A DNA stretch of 64,000 bases from a virus (lineage: Duplodnaviria > Caudoviricetes): IMG/VR virus record IMGVR_UViG_3300043395_004688. The stretch is one strand, 5' to 3'. The position numbers and the translations under genes were made by a program. How positions within the stretch are numbered: position 1 is the first letter of the stretch; each line of letters starts with the position of its first letter. Positions 54,322 to 64,000 of this stretch are shown here, piece after piece. The notes beneath the pieces were generated by a model. The model was given only the letters and a program-made list of their open reading frames with translations, was not told where the DNA came from and did not search any database.

Positions 54322-55037
54322 ACTTTCCAATATTCCAATGGCTTAAGACTTCCAGCTAACCAAACTGGGTAAAGTTGCGTATGATTTTCTAATTTAAAAT
54401 TGCCATTGGCAGGATAAAACGCAATCCAATCGTGCCATGCATGTGTGGCGTACATCACTGGCACAACTTCTAGATCTCTAACACTAAGATCAACTAACTT
54501 AAACCAATCAGGTGCTTGCCAGTTTTCCATAATGGACAAAATTGACAGAGTTTGTTCCAGGGTTGGATCGTCTGGAACATAATGCGGCCAACATGATTGT
54601 GTGCCGTCATTGAGCAGTTGATCTAACACAGCAAATCCCTGTTGTGCTGTTTCAACATCACCAATGATTAACATCGACGGCCAGGCCACATAAAAGTTTT
54701 TGTCAATAGGCAATCGACGACTTATTTTATTTGGCCAAATTGCTTGTAGTCTATGGTCAACACCCATTCCAGGTATAAGATTAATTTTTTTAAGCTTTGC
54801 TAGCTCTCTGGCAGACTTTGTAAATTGCCGCAGGCATAACCCTGCAAAGCAAACAACATCGCCAGGTTCATAGTTGATTTCAGCCAGTAGTTTTATTTTT
54901 TCACTGAGAGTTTTGTTTGACAATTCAACTAGGTTAAATTTTTCTTGGGCGTCAATGAGAACCGCATCGTGCTTGGTAATCTCTACCAGTTGGTGCTCAA
55001 TGGTTCCATTTGTTTCAACTAAAATATGAACGGTCAT
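54318..55037 (-). CDS. Degenerate glycosyltransferase-like protein (tentative)
   Basis: Resembles the adjacent 55034..55912 layout (QLYPVWL in the C-terminal H-loop position); no clear DxD. Confidence 0.35.
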   Translation of the reverse strand: MTVHILVETNGTIEHQLVEITKHDAVLIDAQEKFNLVELSNKTLSEKIKLLAEINYEPGDVVCFAGLCLRQFTKSARELAKLKKINLIPGMGVDHRLQAIWPNKISRRLPIDKNFYVAWPSMLIIGDVETAQQGFAVLDQLLNDGTQSCWPHYVPDDPTLEQTLSILSIMENWQAPDWFKLVDLSVRDLEVVPVMYATHAWHDWIAFYPANGNFKLENHTQLYPVWLAGSLKPLEYWKV

Positions 55038-55912
55038 GCCAGCATCTCCATAATTTTTTCATAGTTACGGAGAATGCTTTTTTTGTTCATAAGGTGAATG
55101 TCTTCGCCTCTGATCTCAACAGCTAAGTTTTTCCACTCTTCGGGCAAGTTACTTAACATAGCCCAATGATTAGGTCCTTTGACTTCAATGATGTCGTCAC
55201 GCTGGTCTTGATAACGCATGTAGTTGGGAATTTGACCAATAAAGCCGCCGTCTTGCCAACCGTCACACATATGAGCAGCAATACTAGCAGAGTAGTCGGT
55301 TCTATACAAGCTTCCAGGAAACTTATATAAAAAGCGATAGTATTCCCAGTTCTTTTTCACTGCTGCCCAAACACTAAAGAAATGTTCGGCTTCTTCACTC
55401 TTGCGCCAGTAGACCACTGTGGACCACCACATGCGAATACCAGCATAGTGCAACCAACGCTCAGTGGTAAAGGGTTCTTCCATGCGTAAATTGCGAGCAT
55501 CTCTGTACATGGCAACATCATATGGTCCACCAAACAGCTTTGATAAGTTATCATTGCCGCAAAGATAATCTGTGTCGATTAAGATAGTTTCGTCAAAAGG
55601 ACTGAGATTGTAGATGTCGTGCTTGTTGGTATTGGTAAACTGTGCATTGAAACTATAATATGCGCCGTCGTGATGCAACCGCATATTTCTTTCGTAACCC
55701 GGATCTGTAAGTACCACATCATCCCAGGCCGCATTCATTAACTCATGCCCATGCGTGTGCTGACAATGCTCCAGACTCTGTTGGTTAGTGACCAGCACAA
55801 CCGGGTAATCTGGCATGTATTTTTTCACTGCATAAGCAGCCACAATGGCCAACTGAGTGTAGTCCAGTTGTTCGTTGTTGTATGCGAACATCATAAAGCC
55901 CTTACTAGACAT
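55034..55912 (-). CDS. GT-A fold glycosyltransferase-like protein
   Basis: GFMMFAYNN, IYNLSPFDETILIDTDY (DxD), WSTVVYW, YRTDYSASIA. Confidence 0.7.
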   Translation of the reverse strand: MSSKGFMMFAYNNEQLDYTQLAIVAAYAVKKYMPDYPVVLVTNQQSLEHCQHTHGHELMNAAWDDVVLTDPGYERNMRLHHDGAYYSFNAQFTNTNKHDIYNLSPFDETILIDTDYLCGNDNLSKLFGGPYDVAMYRDARNLRMEEPFTTERWLHYAGIRMWWSTVVYWRKSEEAEHFFSVWAAVKKNWEYYRFLYKFPGSLYRTDYSASIAAHMCDGWQDGGFIGQIPNYMRYQDQRDDIIEVKGPNHWAMLSNLPEEWKNLAVEIRGEDIHLMNKKSILRNYEKIMEMLA

Positions 55913-55914
55913 AG

Positions 55915-56262
55915 TTAGAGCCCTACAATTTTAGCAGTTGACCTAGCCGATTTAAGTTGCTGCTGGGCCACTTTCTTTGCCTGCATAGCAGCATTGTATG
56001 TTTCAAAACAATTGCTTAAAAATTCTTGTGGATTATCAATTTGGACAACATTACCAGTTTGGTCATCGACTAGCAAGGGCTGGCTGTTGCGTAAGGCAAT
56101 ATCTGCAAAAGAAATGAGTTCGCGATTAACTTTAAAAATTGAGCCTTGATATGAAAGAATCAAGGCGGTATGAAAGGTAGCCTCAATGTTCTGACGCTGT
56201 ACCTGTAGTGTTAAACGATAATTTGCAAAGGCCAAGGCCTCATTGAGTTTTTGCTGGTCCAT
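55915..56262 (-). CDS. Hypothetical protein in the tail/baseplate operon
   Basis: Has its own late-type promoter; helical termini. Confidence 0.6.
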   Translation of the reverse strand: MDQQKLNEALAFANYRLTLQVQRQNIEATFHTALILSYQGSIFKVNRELISFADIALRNSQPLLVDDQTGNVVQIDNPQEFLSNCFETYNAAMQAKKVAQQQLKSARSTAKIVGL

Positions 56263-56289
56263 TGAAATCCAAACTATTATATGCGCTGT

Positions 56290-56297
56290 TATTTAGC
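56290..56297 (-). promoter_or_regulatory. Late-type promoter GCTAAATA (leadered)
   Basis: Minus strand gctaaata in the 56263-56324 intergenic gap. Confidence 0.6.
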
Positions 56298-56324
56298 GAC
56301 ACAAAATTGAATGGATTTTTCCAA

Positions 56325-57653
56325 TTAAACCAAGTGCCAGTCTTCAATTAAAGTAACTGTTGGGCTTGGAATAGTTAAAGTAACATCGTTTTCTGTTACT
56401 GCGGTTGGCTGTGTTTTACTTACAACCAATCTAGTTTTGCCGCGAACTAGTACACCCATACCAGAATTATCAAGCAAGATTCTAAATCTTAGATTTCCGT
56501 TATGAAATTCACCGTAGATCTTAGCTCTGCTAGAAGCGTAGGTTCCATAACCACCGTTATATCCGCCATAGCCACCATAACCACCATAGCCTCCTAGGTG
56601 TTGCCAACCTGGACCATAGCCACCGTAACTGCCGCTGCCGCCATATCCACCATAGCCGCCTTCGCCATAGGGCAATGGGCATCCAAATGCATCGTATCCA
56701 CCATATCCACCATAGCCGCCATATCCACCATAGCCGCCATAGCCGCCATATCCACCATATCCACCATAACTAGTTCCGCCAGAACCCGATGGGCTAGTAT
56801 ACAGTAGTTGTTCAGCGTCAATCATTTTGGCATATCCGCGGTCTTGTGTGATGCCGCGGTTGTTGATACTAGAGAGATTTTCTACTGTAAAATTTAAGGT
56901 TCCTTGGTCTAAAAAGATACAACGCCAAATATGATAGCCAGCACCGTAACCTTCGACTTGACTAAAAATAAATCTTATTGCACCACCTGCATTAAAGAAA
57001 TGTCGTCCTTTTTCATATCCGCCAAAGTCTAACTCAATGGTACATTCAAGTTGATTTGCCCAAGTGGCACCAGAACTATCATAGGTAGCAAGTGTGCCAA
57101 GTTGAGTGTATGCTGGATCAACATCGTTGCGCTTTTCTCTTGCACCATCTAGCAATGTAATGGCTGTATCAAAAAAGCTCTCGGTCATCTTTTCGCCGCG
57201 AGCAACAACTACCAACTCTTGATCTGAACTGTTGGTTCTTAAAGTGCTGATGTTAATTCTATTGACAATTTCGTTAGTTAGGGCCGCAGTAATTTTTTGT
57301 GTGGCATCTACATTTTCAATGTTATCACCGCCCCAGCCCCAGCGAATGTTATCTTCGGTCTCTGGATCAGTTCTGTTTGTTGTAGGACCCTCACCTGCAT
57401 GAGTATCACCAAATAGTTCATTGACATCGTCAGTTAACTCGTTGAACCAATGCTTGGCAATTTTTTCGTCAGGGTCTGCAAAAGTAGCAGGATCTCTTGG
57501 TCTCGGCACATAGCCGCAGACTGTTGAATTTTTCTCAATTAGTTGTGTGTAGGATCCGCCATAGCCGTCGGCATACCAACCCCATCGGTCATAACCGATA
57601 CATCGCTCGCCAAGGAATGTTCCAACTGGAAGAATTGGTGTGTTTAATGGCAT
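56325..57653 (-). CDS. Probable virion structural (baseplate/tail) protein with a Gly-Gly-Tyr repeat insertion
   Basis: Lies in the tail gene block; WGWGG, RHFFNAGGAIRF; contains a (GGY)n tract. Confidence 0.6.
   Translation of the reverse strand: MPLNTPILPVGTFLGERCIGYDRWGWYADGYGGSYTQLIEKNSTVCGYVPRPRDPATFADPDEKIAKHWFNELTDDVNELFGDTHAGEGPTTNRTDPETEDNIRWGWGGDNIENVDATQKITAALTNEIVNRINISTLRTNSSDQELVVVARGEKMTESFFDTAITLLDGAREKRNDVDPAYTQLGTLATYDSSGATWANQLECTIELDFGGYEKGRHFFNAGGAIRFIFSQVEGYGAGYHIWRCIFLDQGTLNFTVENLSSINNRGITQDRGYAKMIDAEQLLYTSPSGSGGTSYGGYGGYGGYGGYGGYGGYGGYGGYDAFGCPLPYGEGGYGGYGGSGSYGGYGPGWQHLGGYGGYGGYGGYNGGYGTYASSRAKIYGEFHNGNLRFRILLDNSGMGVLVRGKTRLVVSKTQPTAVTENDVTLTIPSPTVTLIEDWHLV
56545..56768 (-). 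repeat. In-frame 9-bp tandem repeats encoding (GGY)n
   Basis: Y(GGY)8 at 56694-56768, then two more degenerate GGY blocks. Confidence 0.95.
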
Positions 57654-57658
57654 GGCTA

Positions 57659-58726
57659 TTAACGAACTCCAACTGTGGCTTCGATTATACCAACGCCATC
57701 TCCTGCAAAGTTTCCTAAGCTACGACCAATGATACTCCAAGCTGGTGCATCTACAGAAGCTGCCTGAGCTACTCCAGGAATATCACTGGCAATTAAGCGA
57801 TCTCCTTTGTTAACTACACCTGTTACTTTAACAGGAATTCGGCCAGCCACTGCAATTGGTAGCGCATTTTTTTCATGCTTTTGTTTGGCATTCATCAAAT
57901 AAGCTGGTCTAGAAGAAACAATGCCAAATATGTTTTGGTCAGCAACTCCGGCGGTCACAGTAACATCAGCACTACCGCCTAGTGATACCAGTGTACCTGG
58001 CTCATAAGCAGCATCGGCTACATAAATCTCAGCAACGTCCGCAAATTCTGCTTCCATAGAAATACCACGCAATTTGAAAGCATTTGGGTTAAAGGTTGTT
58101 GTAGTATTACCAGTGCTGTTCATGTTAATACCCTTACCAATTGTAGTAAAGCCAGGGATGGCATGTGAAGCAGCAATTGTAAATTCTGCATCAGTACTAA
58201 TAATTGCAACACAGATGCCATTGGCATTGAGACGCACTACTTTATGTGTGGTGCCGTTTGTATCCAATAGTGTAGCAAAGCTAATGCCACTGCCACCTTC
58301 AAATGCACCAACATTGACCCAACCATTATTGTATCCAGGTAGTGCTTGATCGTTGGCAGTTTGACCCACATAAATTTTCAATGCTTTGTTGGTAGTGTCC
58401 CACCAGAAATCGCCCGAACGAGCTGTTTCTGTTGGGCGATTTTGTCTACTGGTCAGATGAGCAAGTGTTTTCCAATACTCATCCGAATCTCTAACTGCTA
58501 ATCTATTTTCACCGGTGTTAAACCACAGCTGACCTGCGATTGGACTTGCTGGTTCTGCGCTGCTGGCAAAATTTTCCAGCATGTGAACAAAGTTTTCAGC
58601 GATAAGTTCGCCATAGCCCAGGTAGTTTTTACCCAGCAAGTTTAGAGCCGTAGTGGTATTGTCGACTTCACCGTCGATAAGATTTACCAGTACTTCTCCG
58701 TTGCTTTTATTGACTTCGTATGCCAT
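57659..58726 (-). CDS. Probable tail fibre/baseplate protein with a C-terminal chaperone-like domain
   Basis: MAYEVNKSNG, LLGKNYLGYGE..AENF..MLENFA, GQLWF, GDFWWD; C-terminal ADVAEIY..D..YEPG.LV..GG...AVAGRIPVKV.G.V.KGD.L. Confidence 0.7.
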   Translation of the reverse strand: MAYEVNKSNGEVLVNLIDGEVDNTTTALNLLGKNYLGYGELIAENFVHMLENFASSAEPASPIAGQLWFNTGENRLAVRDSDEYWKTLAHLTSRQNRPTETARSGDFWWDTTNKALKIYVGQTANDQALPGYNNGWVNVGAFEGGSGISFATLLDTNGTTHKVVRLNANGICVAIISTDAEFTIAASHAIPGFTTIGKGINMNSTGNTTTTFNPNAFKLRGISMEAEFADVAEIYVADAAYEPGTLVSLGGSADVTVTAGVADQNIFGIVSSRPAYLMNAKQKHEKNALPIAVAGRIPVKVTGVVNKGDRLIASDIPGVAQAASVDAPAWSIIGRSLGNFAGDGVGIIEATVGVR

Positions 58727-58759
58727 TTTTATATCCCCTTGGCTTAATTGCCTTTGGTA

Positions 58760-58767
58760 TATTTATT
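58760..58767 (-). promoter_or_regulatory. Late-type promoter AATAAATA (leadered)
   Basis: Upstream of AAGGGG RBS and ATG 58726; flanked by a 6-bp ggtata/tatacc inverted repeat. Confidence 0.6.
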
Positions 58768-58778
58768 CTTATACCTTT

Positions 58779-59408
58779 TTAACCAGCTTGCACCCTAAGG
58801 GTGTAAACTATTTGAATTCTTTGATTAGCCTGTTTTTCTACTGGGTGAAATATAAAATGCGTTAACAAATTTCCAGTATTGAGTCCGGTTAATCCTCTGG
58901 TTTTTAACCCAATTTCATCAAACACAAATTCGCCGTTGACGCTGGTTGTTGCATCAAGGCTTTGTTGAGTGCCGTTTACAATGTTGTAAACACTGTCATT
59001 GATCATTGGCTCTGTGTAATCTAGTGTTGCAGTAATCACAGTATCTGAAAAGTCTGTTCCAGTTGTGTGAACTTGTTTTGTAGAATTAAATTCAAAGTCC
59101 GGATTATTTAAATCTTCGTCATCAACTACCCTAAAATACACAGTATTGTAAAGGTTAGCACTAACACCAGTCACATTTGGTTTTCTATAAGTGATGGTGC
59201 CAGTGTCAGAAACAATACTGGCGCCTCGTCCAAAATGTATCTCACTGATAAAGCTTGAATTGTTGTTTCTTGCTAGCCCATTGGCTATGGCAATGCTCAT
59301 ATTTTCACGATGGATAGCGTTGTGCCCTTCGCGCAGGATTTTACCGGTATCAAGATCCTTGATAACAATAAAAGTGTCTATTTTAATTGGCAGTTTCATG
59401 CTGGTCAT
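58779..59408 (-). CDS. Probable baseplate/tail-associated structural protein
   Basis: HNAIHRENMSIAIA, FDEIGL, LLTHFIFHPVEK..N..IQIVYTLRV; start set at 59408 by the promoter spacing rule. Confidence 0.65.
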   Translation of the reverse strand: MTSMKLPIKIDTFIVIKDLDTGKILREGHNAIHRENMSIAIANGLARNNNSSFISEIHFGRGASIVSDTGTITYRKPNVTGVSANLYNTVYFRVVDDEDLNNPDFEFNSTKQVHTTGTDFSDTVITATLDYTEPMINDSVYNIVNGTQQSLDATTSVNGEFVFDEIGLKTRGLTGLNTGNLLTHFIFHPVEKQANQRIQIVYTLRVQAG

Positions 59409-59413
59409 AGTCA

Positions 59414-59421
59414 TATTTAGT
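59414..59421 (-). promoter_or_regulatory. Late-type promoter ACTAAATA, 5 nt before ATG 59408
   Basis: Minus strand actaaata-tgact-ATG. Confidence 0.65.
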
Positions 59422-59440
59422 TTTTTCTATATAACCCTTG

Positions 59441-62400
59441 TTAACTCTCTTCAGTAAGCGATTGCGTTACTGTATCAAATCTTTGAGGAATTCCCAGCCC
59501 AAGTTCTGTTGACACAATGGCATTTTCATCCTGCTCCTGAACCAATACAGCCACAGTGGTGATAGTTAGGTCTATGGATTCTGTAATGTCAACTGAAGTT
59601 GGCACAACCTTAACGCTGAACTGATTCTTATCAAGTGTCTTGGTGTGATAAGGTTTGACTTCATCAATGTATTTTCCTACCAATCGATCTTTCTTGTTAT
59701 AAAAATTCTTAACTTGATTTAGGTTATTTGAACTGGTCTGTGTTACATCTAAATAGGTAGTTTTTGCTACCCAATCGGCTGTTGGAATTTGCACAAGACT
59801 TTCTTTGACCAGCGCAAAGAACAGCAGGTTAAAGTAACCCAAGTCAGCACCAACAAAGATTGAATATCGCAGAGCCTTGAGTATGCTTTCAATGATTTCG
59901 CTGCCGTCTTCGTCCCAGCGAGTTGAGTCCCAACGAGTTGAATCCCAGGTGTCACCTAGTGAGCCATTCCAAAGAGCATCGTTGAACTGAATAGTTCCAT
60001 TTTTTCTGTACACTAGAGTTACAATGTTGCCATCTTTGTTGTATGCTTCAATGGTGTCGTTTGCTGAATCAACAATAGCAAAATTAGTAATATCATCGTC
60101 GAGATCAACTACTTGACTAAAGTTTGTCAGGCGAGTAATTTCATTGCCAGGGATATAGTCAGTGGCAACATAATCAGCGTATCTCCAAAGGCCGGTAAGG
60201 TTTCTCGAATAAGGTCCAAACAGCGGCTTGTATGTTCTTAGGTATTTGTCCCAGTCTTGTTTACTCACAGTATCAATATTCAGCAAAAAGCTGTTGGCCG
60301 CTGAAACCAATACTCGGCGAGCTTCTCTGACATTATTGAACCAACTCTGAGGTAGTGGCACAATTTGATTACCATATCTTCTTGCTGGATGTAAACGACT
60401 GCTAGGCACTTGGCGTCGTGTATTCAGTACTGCATAATACTCATTAGGATCTAGCTCTAACACACCAGAGATCATGCCAACTGCACCACTCTTAATCAGC
60501 CTTCTTGCGTTTCTATCAGTAGAAAGCAAACTAGATGCAGTAAAGTCTTTTGCGGCCTGAAATATTCTATGGTCACGGCCAGGTATTGCTTGCCAAATTT
60601 GAGTTATGTTTTCTCGTTGGTCATCAATGCTATTCAGAAGCGGGTAGTCCTTGGTAGTATATTCTCCCGGAGTGGTAAGCTGAACAAAGATACCACTATT
60701 AAAGTTAACAACAAAGTCACCTTTGTAGTATTGCTGACCAGGCACAAAAGGTTTAATAGGATAAATTTCTCTATAATTGTCTCTGGCTGTAATGCTGGCT
60801 TCTAAGCGTTTGTAGAAATAGTCGTCAATGACATCACCTGAAAATCCTTCTGATATTAGTTTAGCAAAATTAAAGTTTTGTTCTGGGAAAGCATCTTGCT
60901 CAAGTCTTAAAATAAGCCTATCGCTTTCTGCAAAGAAATCATTGATGTTTGAAACTAGCAATGCGTTTTCATCAATTGGAGCTATCCAAGCAATGCCATT
61001 GGCGTCTGGATCATTGAGCATGGACTGAATGGCATTTGCAGAATAAATTCTATCAGGTGCAGCTGGATTTAAATGACCAACATTGCCATTCCAGAAATAA
61101 TATTTTGTTTCTACTCTGCCAGTGGTTACATTAAACACTTGTTCTTCACTGTAACGAATTTGTCCAGCTGTGCTACTGCTCTTATCTAATCTTGCATAGG
61201 GAAAGTCATTGACAGTGGGTTCGCTGTCAACTTCGGTCCACTCATATACTACAACAGATGTGTTTGCATATTTTTCTCCCCAGTGGGTGGCACGATATTG
61301 AATATCATCTGTTTGTTCATACTCAATGTATCTCAGCGATGATAGATCCCACCACAGTTTTCCAACCTGTGAGCGACTCCAACTTTCAACTGCTTCTGGG
61401 TCCTTATCACCTAGGTCTGTAACATTATAAACTGCTGGGTCTGCAATTCCCTTGTAGTCAATGTAATTTGCTGCTTCGTCTATGGTTAATCCCTTATAAG
61501 GATCAAATACTTCCAGGGTGGTCAATTGTTCTTGAGTTTTACCATTGATAAGCTTGACCGCATTTAGATCGCCACTGGCTACCATTGGTCCACTGTATTC
61601 TACAATAATGTCTGGCTGGGTTCCTACATCTGATCCGTCTTCAACATAGGTAACAACTTTCCAACTGCCTTCTGTGTCACCATAATCAATATAGGCTTTC
61701 ATGCCTGGAATAAAGTTTACCGGCGCTGCTTGCCATTCGGCATCAGAATTAAACTTTACAGATTTAATCTTAAAGGCAACTAGATTGTAAACAATCTCAC
61801 CTGAAGTTGATTTAGCATCTACTAGTATATTGTAGTCATCAACGATTTCTTTGACAGTTAGTAAAGTATCTAGTGCGCCATCCCCGGCGCCAACCAGAAT
61901 AAATTTCTCTCCAACAGCCAACAAGTGAGGACTTGCAAATGTAATTTTGCTTTCAATTAAATTAGGGTCTAGTGCATTTGGACAGCATTCTTCTACATAT
62001 ACTCCAGGCATAACCTGTAGCACATTCCAGCCGTAACCATTGTAATCACTGATCCAGATTGATGGCAGTAATTTACCGCTTATGTTTACACTTTGCCATT
62101 TATCAGTATCAAATGAACCAAGAGAAGATCCTGTATAGTTTTCTAGGGCTTCGTAGAATATGCCTTGGTTCCATGCATAGTCGCCTTTCTTGTATTCAGC
62201 AAACTTGCTAAATGACCGTGTTCCAAAAACTTTTGCAACAGTCAAGGTGCTGTTGTTTTCTTTTGACTCATTTAATGTCAGTAAGTCGCTGAAATTAAAT
62301 TCATCCAAGGAAACAATGCGTAAATCTGTATCTGTTAGTTCAGCAATACCTGCACTGGGCAACCAGTCATTGGCTTTGCTATACTCCACAGTGATTTCAC

Positions 62401-64000
62401 TGCGAGGTATCATTCTAAATTTTGGATCGTCGGGTTTTGTTACCCAGCGAGGATCATTGTTACCAATTAGGTCAATGATATTGTCGCTTCTTAGATCGCT
62501 GGACCCGCTGTCTGGGTTAAATCGTATGATTTGTCTGCGACCAGTGAAGTCTTCTTTTCGTAGCTCAATTTCCCAAAGCTTTTTTGGCCCAGTTTTTCCA
62601 AATTGGCCAACATCAAACATCCATTGTTCATTGACTTGAATTTCCTGAACTTTTCCAGGAATATCAAAATTGGTATTTCTAAACAAGGCATCAATGGTTA
62701 GGTTAGTACCCGCAGCAGTTTGTACACCCTGCTGATATAAGAATAAGTTAGTGTCATCTTGAATAATGTCACCAACAACGCTATCTTTGGCTGGTACTAC
62801 ATTTGATCTTGAAATTGAATTTTTAAAAAATTCAAACGCACTGGTTTCAGGTTGTCGACTTTTTACAATGTCAGTGGCCAGTGCCTCAAAGCTAGGTAAA
62901 ATACCTGTTTCAGTTGGAATTGCGCCATTGACCGCTGGGCGACCTGTCCAGGCATGTGTTCGTCTGGCTGAAATTTTTACACTATTAACTCTGTTGCCAG
63001 TCACTGAATCAACAATGGTATCATTAAATTTGGTTTTTCTATTGATGAAAACTACATGTTGGAAATCACGCAGCGAAAGATCAGCAAAAACTATTTGCTC
63101 ATCGTTCAATGGCTGTACGCTGTCTGTGTTATTCTCAATGTTTCTTGTTACCAATACTTCGGTTGCCAACGCTGGTCTACCTGAACTAAAAAGAATCTTA
63201 CCAGTTGAGCCTAAGCCCTTGGATAAATCATCAAGATTTCCGCGTTCGTGTCTAAATCTAATTCCAGACCTAGTCGCAACTCCAATGATACAATAATGAC
63301 CACTACCCCAGCCTTCTTCAATCCACTGGAATGCATCAATGGCGGCTTGTTTCCAGGTTATATTGACTCCGCGGGCATCAACTTCGTCTAAGACAAGACC
63401 ACGGTTTTGTTGATATTCGCCAAGACCAATTAAAAATGTTAACACTTCTTGCTTATTGGCCAGAAGATATCCATAGTCTATATCCACTGGAGTAGTATCC
63501 CACTCTTGATACTCTTTAAATGTGCCGTATGCAGTATCTAAATTTCGTGTAGGACTGGTTTTTGTTGGTTTAAATATTGTAAAATGTCTTTGCCCAGGAT
63601 CAAACCCAAATACACGAAATCCGTCAATGTCTTTTTGTAAACGAACTGCGCTATAGCGAAGTTGAGAAACTGATACACCCTCGCTAAGAGTCATTACCGT
63701 ATCTTCTACTGGAACATAATTGTTTAATCCGCTTCTTGAAAAAGGCAATTTTATATTGATATTACCATCACTGAAACCACCTAGCCCAAAGCCAATTCTC
63801 ACTGAAATTGAAATTAAGTCAGTCAAAGGTGTTTCACCAAGATGATTTAGATCTCGATTTCCTTCAAACAATACTGCACCTAGGCCCAGTGTTGGCCTAT
63901 CTTGGAAAAACTGCGTTGGTGCTATTGAATCTACGCCTTTGGGTGCTATGCTGTAATTTTTAACATGCTTTTGTTTGGCATAAGGATCTATGTTACTGTC
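59441..64000 (-). CDS. Very large virion structural protein (baseplate wedge-like), 5'-truncated by the window edge
   Basis: Frame is open to base 64000 (over 1500 aa); WGEKY..VYEW, WDSTRWDSTRWD, EVKPYHTK. Confidence 0.7.
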   Translation of the reverse strand, partial: DSNIDPYAKQKHVKNYSIAPKGVDSIAPTQFFQDRPTLGLGAVLFEGNRDLNHLGETPLTDLISISVRIGFGLGGFSDGNINIKLPFSRSGLNNYVPVEDTVMTLSEGVSVSQLRYSAVRLQKDIDGFRVFGFDPGQRHFTIFKPTKTSPTRNLDTAYGTFKEYQEWDTTPVDIDYGYLLANKQEVLTFLIGLGEYQQNRGLVLDEVDARGVNITWKQAAIDAFQWIEEGWGSGHYCIIGVATRSGIRFRHERGNLDDLSKGLGSTGKILFSSGRPALATEVLVTRNIENNTDSVQPLNDEQIVFADLSLRDFQHVVFINRKTKFNDTIVDSVTGNRVNSVKISARRTHAWTGRPAVNGAIPTETGILPSFEALATDIVKSRQPETSAFEFFKNSISRSNVVPAKDSVVGDIIQDDTNLFLYQQGVQTAAGTNLTIDALFRNTNFDIPGKVQEIQVNEQWMFDVGQFGKTGPKKLWEIELRKEDFTGRRQIIRFNPDSGSSDLRSDNIIDLIGNNDPRWVTKPDDPKFRMIPRSEITVEYSKANDWLPSAGIAELTDTDLRIVSLDEFNFSDLLTLNESKENNSTLTVAKVFGTRSFSKFAEYKKGDYAWNQGIFYEALENYTGSSLGSFDTDKWQSVNISGKLLPSIWISDYNGYGWNVLQVMPGVYVEECCPNALDPNLIESKITFASPHLLAVGEKFILVGAGDGALDTLLTVKEIVDDYNILVDAKSTSGEIVYNLVAFKIKSVKFNSDAEWQAAPVNFIPGMKAYIDYGDTEGSWKVVTYVEDGSDVGTQPDIIVEYSGPMVASGDLNAVKLINGKTQEQLTTLEVFDPYKGLTIDEAANYIDYKGIADPAVYNVTDLGDKDPEAVESWSRSQVGKLWWDLSSLRYIEYEQTDDIQYRATHWGEKYANTSVVVYEWTEVDSEPTVNDFPYARLDKSSSTAGQIRYSEEQVFNVTTGRVETKYYFWNGNVGHLNPAAPDRIYSANAIQSMLNDPDANGIAWIAPIDENALLVSNINDFFAESDRLILRLEQDAFPEQNFNFAKLISEGFSGDVIDDYFYKRLEASITARDNYREIYPIKPFVPGQQYYKGDFVVNFNSGIFVQLTTPGEYTTKDYPLLNSIDDQRENITQIWQAIPGRDHRIFQAAKDFTASSLLSTDRNARRLIKSGAVGMISGVLELDPNEYYAVLNTRRQVPSSRLHPARRYGNQIVPLPQSWFNNVREARRVLVSAANSFLLNIDTVSKQDWDKYLRTYKPLFGPYSRNLTGLWRYADYVATDYIPGNEITRLTNFSQVVDLDDDITNFAIVDSANDTIEAYNKDGNIVTLVYRKNGTIQFNDALWNGSLGDTWDSTRWDSTRWDEDGSEIIESILKALRYSIFVGADLGYFNLLFFALVKESLVQIPTADWVAKTTYLDVTQTSSNNLNQVKNFYNKKDRLVGKYIDEVKPYHTKTLDKNQFSVKVVPTSVDITESIDLTITTVAVLVQEQDENAIVSTELGLGIPQRFDTVTQSLTEES

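Noticed and set aside
58756-58775. Inverted repeat at the 58760 late promoter as another translational gate
   Set aside because: It lies about 30 nt upstream of the ATG and covers neither the RBS nor the start codon.
59923-59948. WDSTR repeat in the large structural protein
   Set aside because: Only two to three short copies; Trp-Asp repeats are unremarkable in such proteins.
1-64000. tRNA, tmRNA or rRNA genes
   Set aside because: No cloverleaf with a GTTCRA T-loop and acceptor stem was found in any gap; most gaps are too short. tRNAscan-SE/ARAGORN would confirm.
1-64000. Stop-codon reassignment
   Set aside because: Conserved genes are full length under the standard code, and TAA, TAG and TGA all end genes.
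1-64000. Integrase, transposase, IS or prophage boundary
   Set aside because: No recombinase or transposase motifs and no host housekeeping context; the metabolic genes are embedded in phage-style operons.

Overview
This window is a gene-dense fragment of a large lytic dsDNA phage with a T4-superfamily toolkit: family-B DNA polymerase, gp45-like clamp, RNase H/5'-3' exonuclease, DsbA-like protein and TAAATA-type late promoters. It is probably a jumbo myovirus of a proteobacterium (inference). Genes at 1-45051 are mostly on the + strand: sugar-nucleotide and glycosyltransferase genes, an array of nine short paralogues, a replication plus 7-deazaguanine module (polB, clamp, dpdA-like, DpdL/QueD-like, folE, queE, next to a GT-B glycosyltransferase and galE), nucleotide/redox metabolism, and an early-type cassette (four sigma70 promoters, AAA+ ATPase, VWA-peptidase) behind a repeat and A-tract region. 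Genes at 45040-64000 are on the - strand: thyX, a desaturase/GNAT/PP-loop/dioxygenase cluster, glycosyltransferase paralogues and baseplate/tail genes. The best leads are: (1) a ~210-nt structured intergenic RNA with a C/D-type kink-turn (39177-39387); (2) repeated promoters buried in hairpins that hide or abut the start codon, together with a fixed TAA(A/G)TA-N5-ATG leaderless architecture; (3) a clamp-linked deazaguanine operon with a glycosyltransferase; (4) the nine-gene paralogue array; (5) a possible lipid/aminolipid-tailoring cluster; (6) a (GGY)n tract in a structural protein. All calls come from reading motifs by eye; no database search or folding program was run. No tRNA, rRNA, CRISPR array, integrase or transposase was seen.
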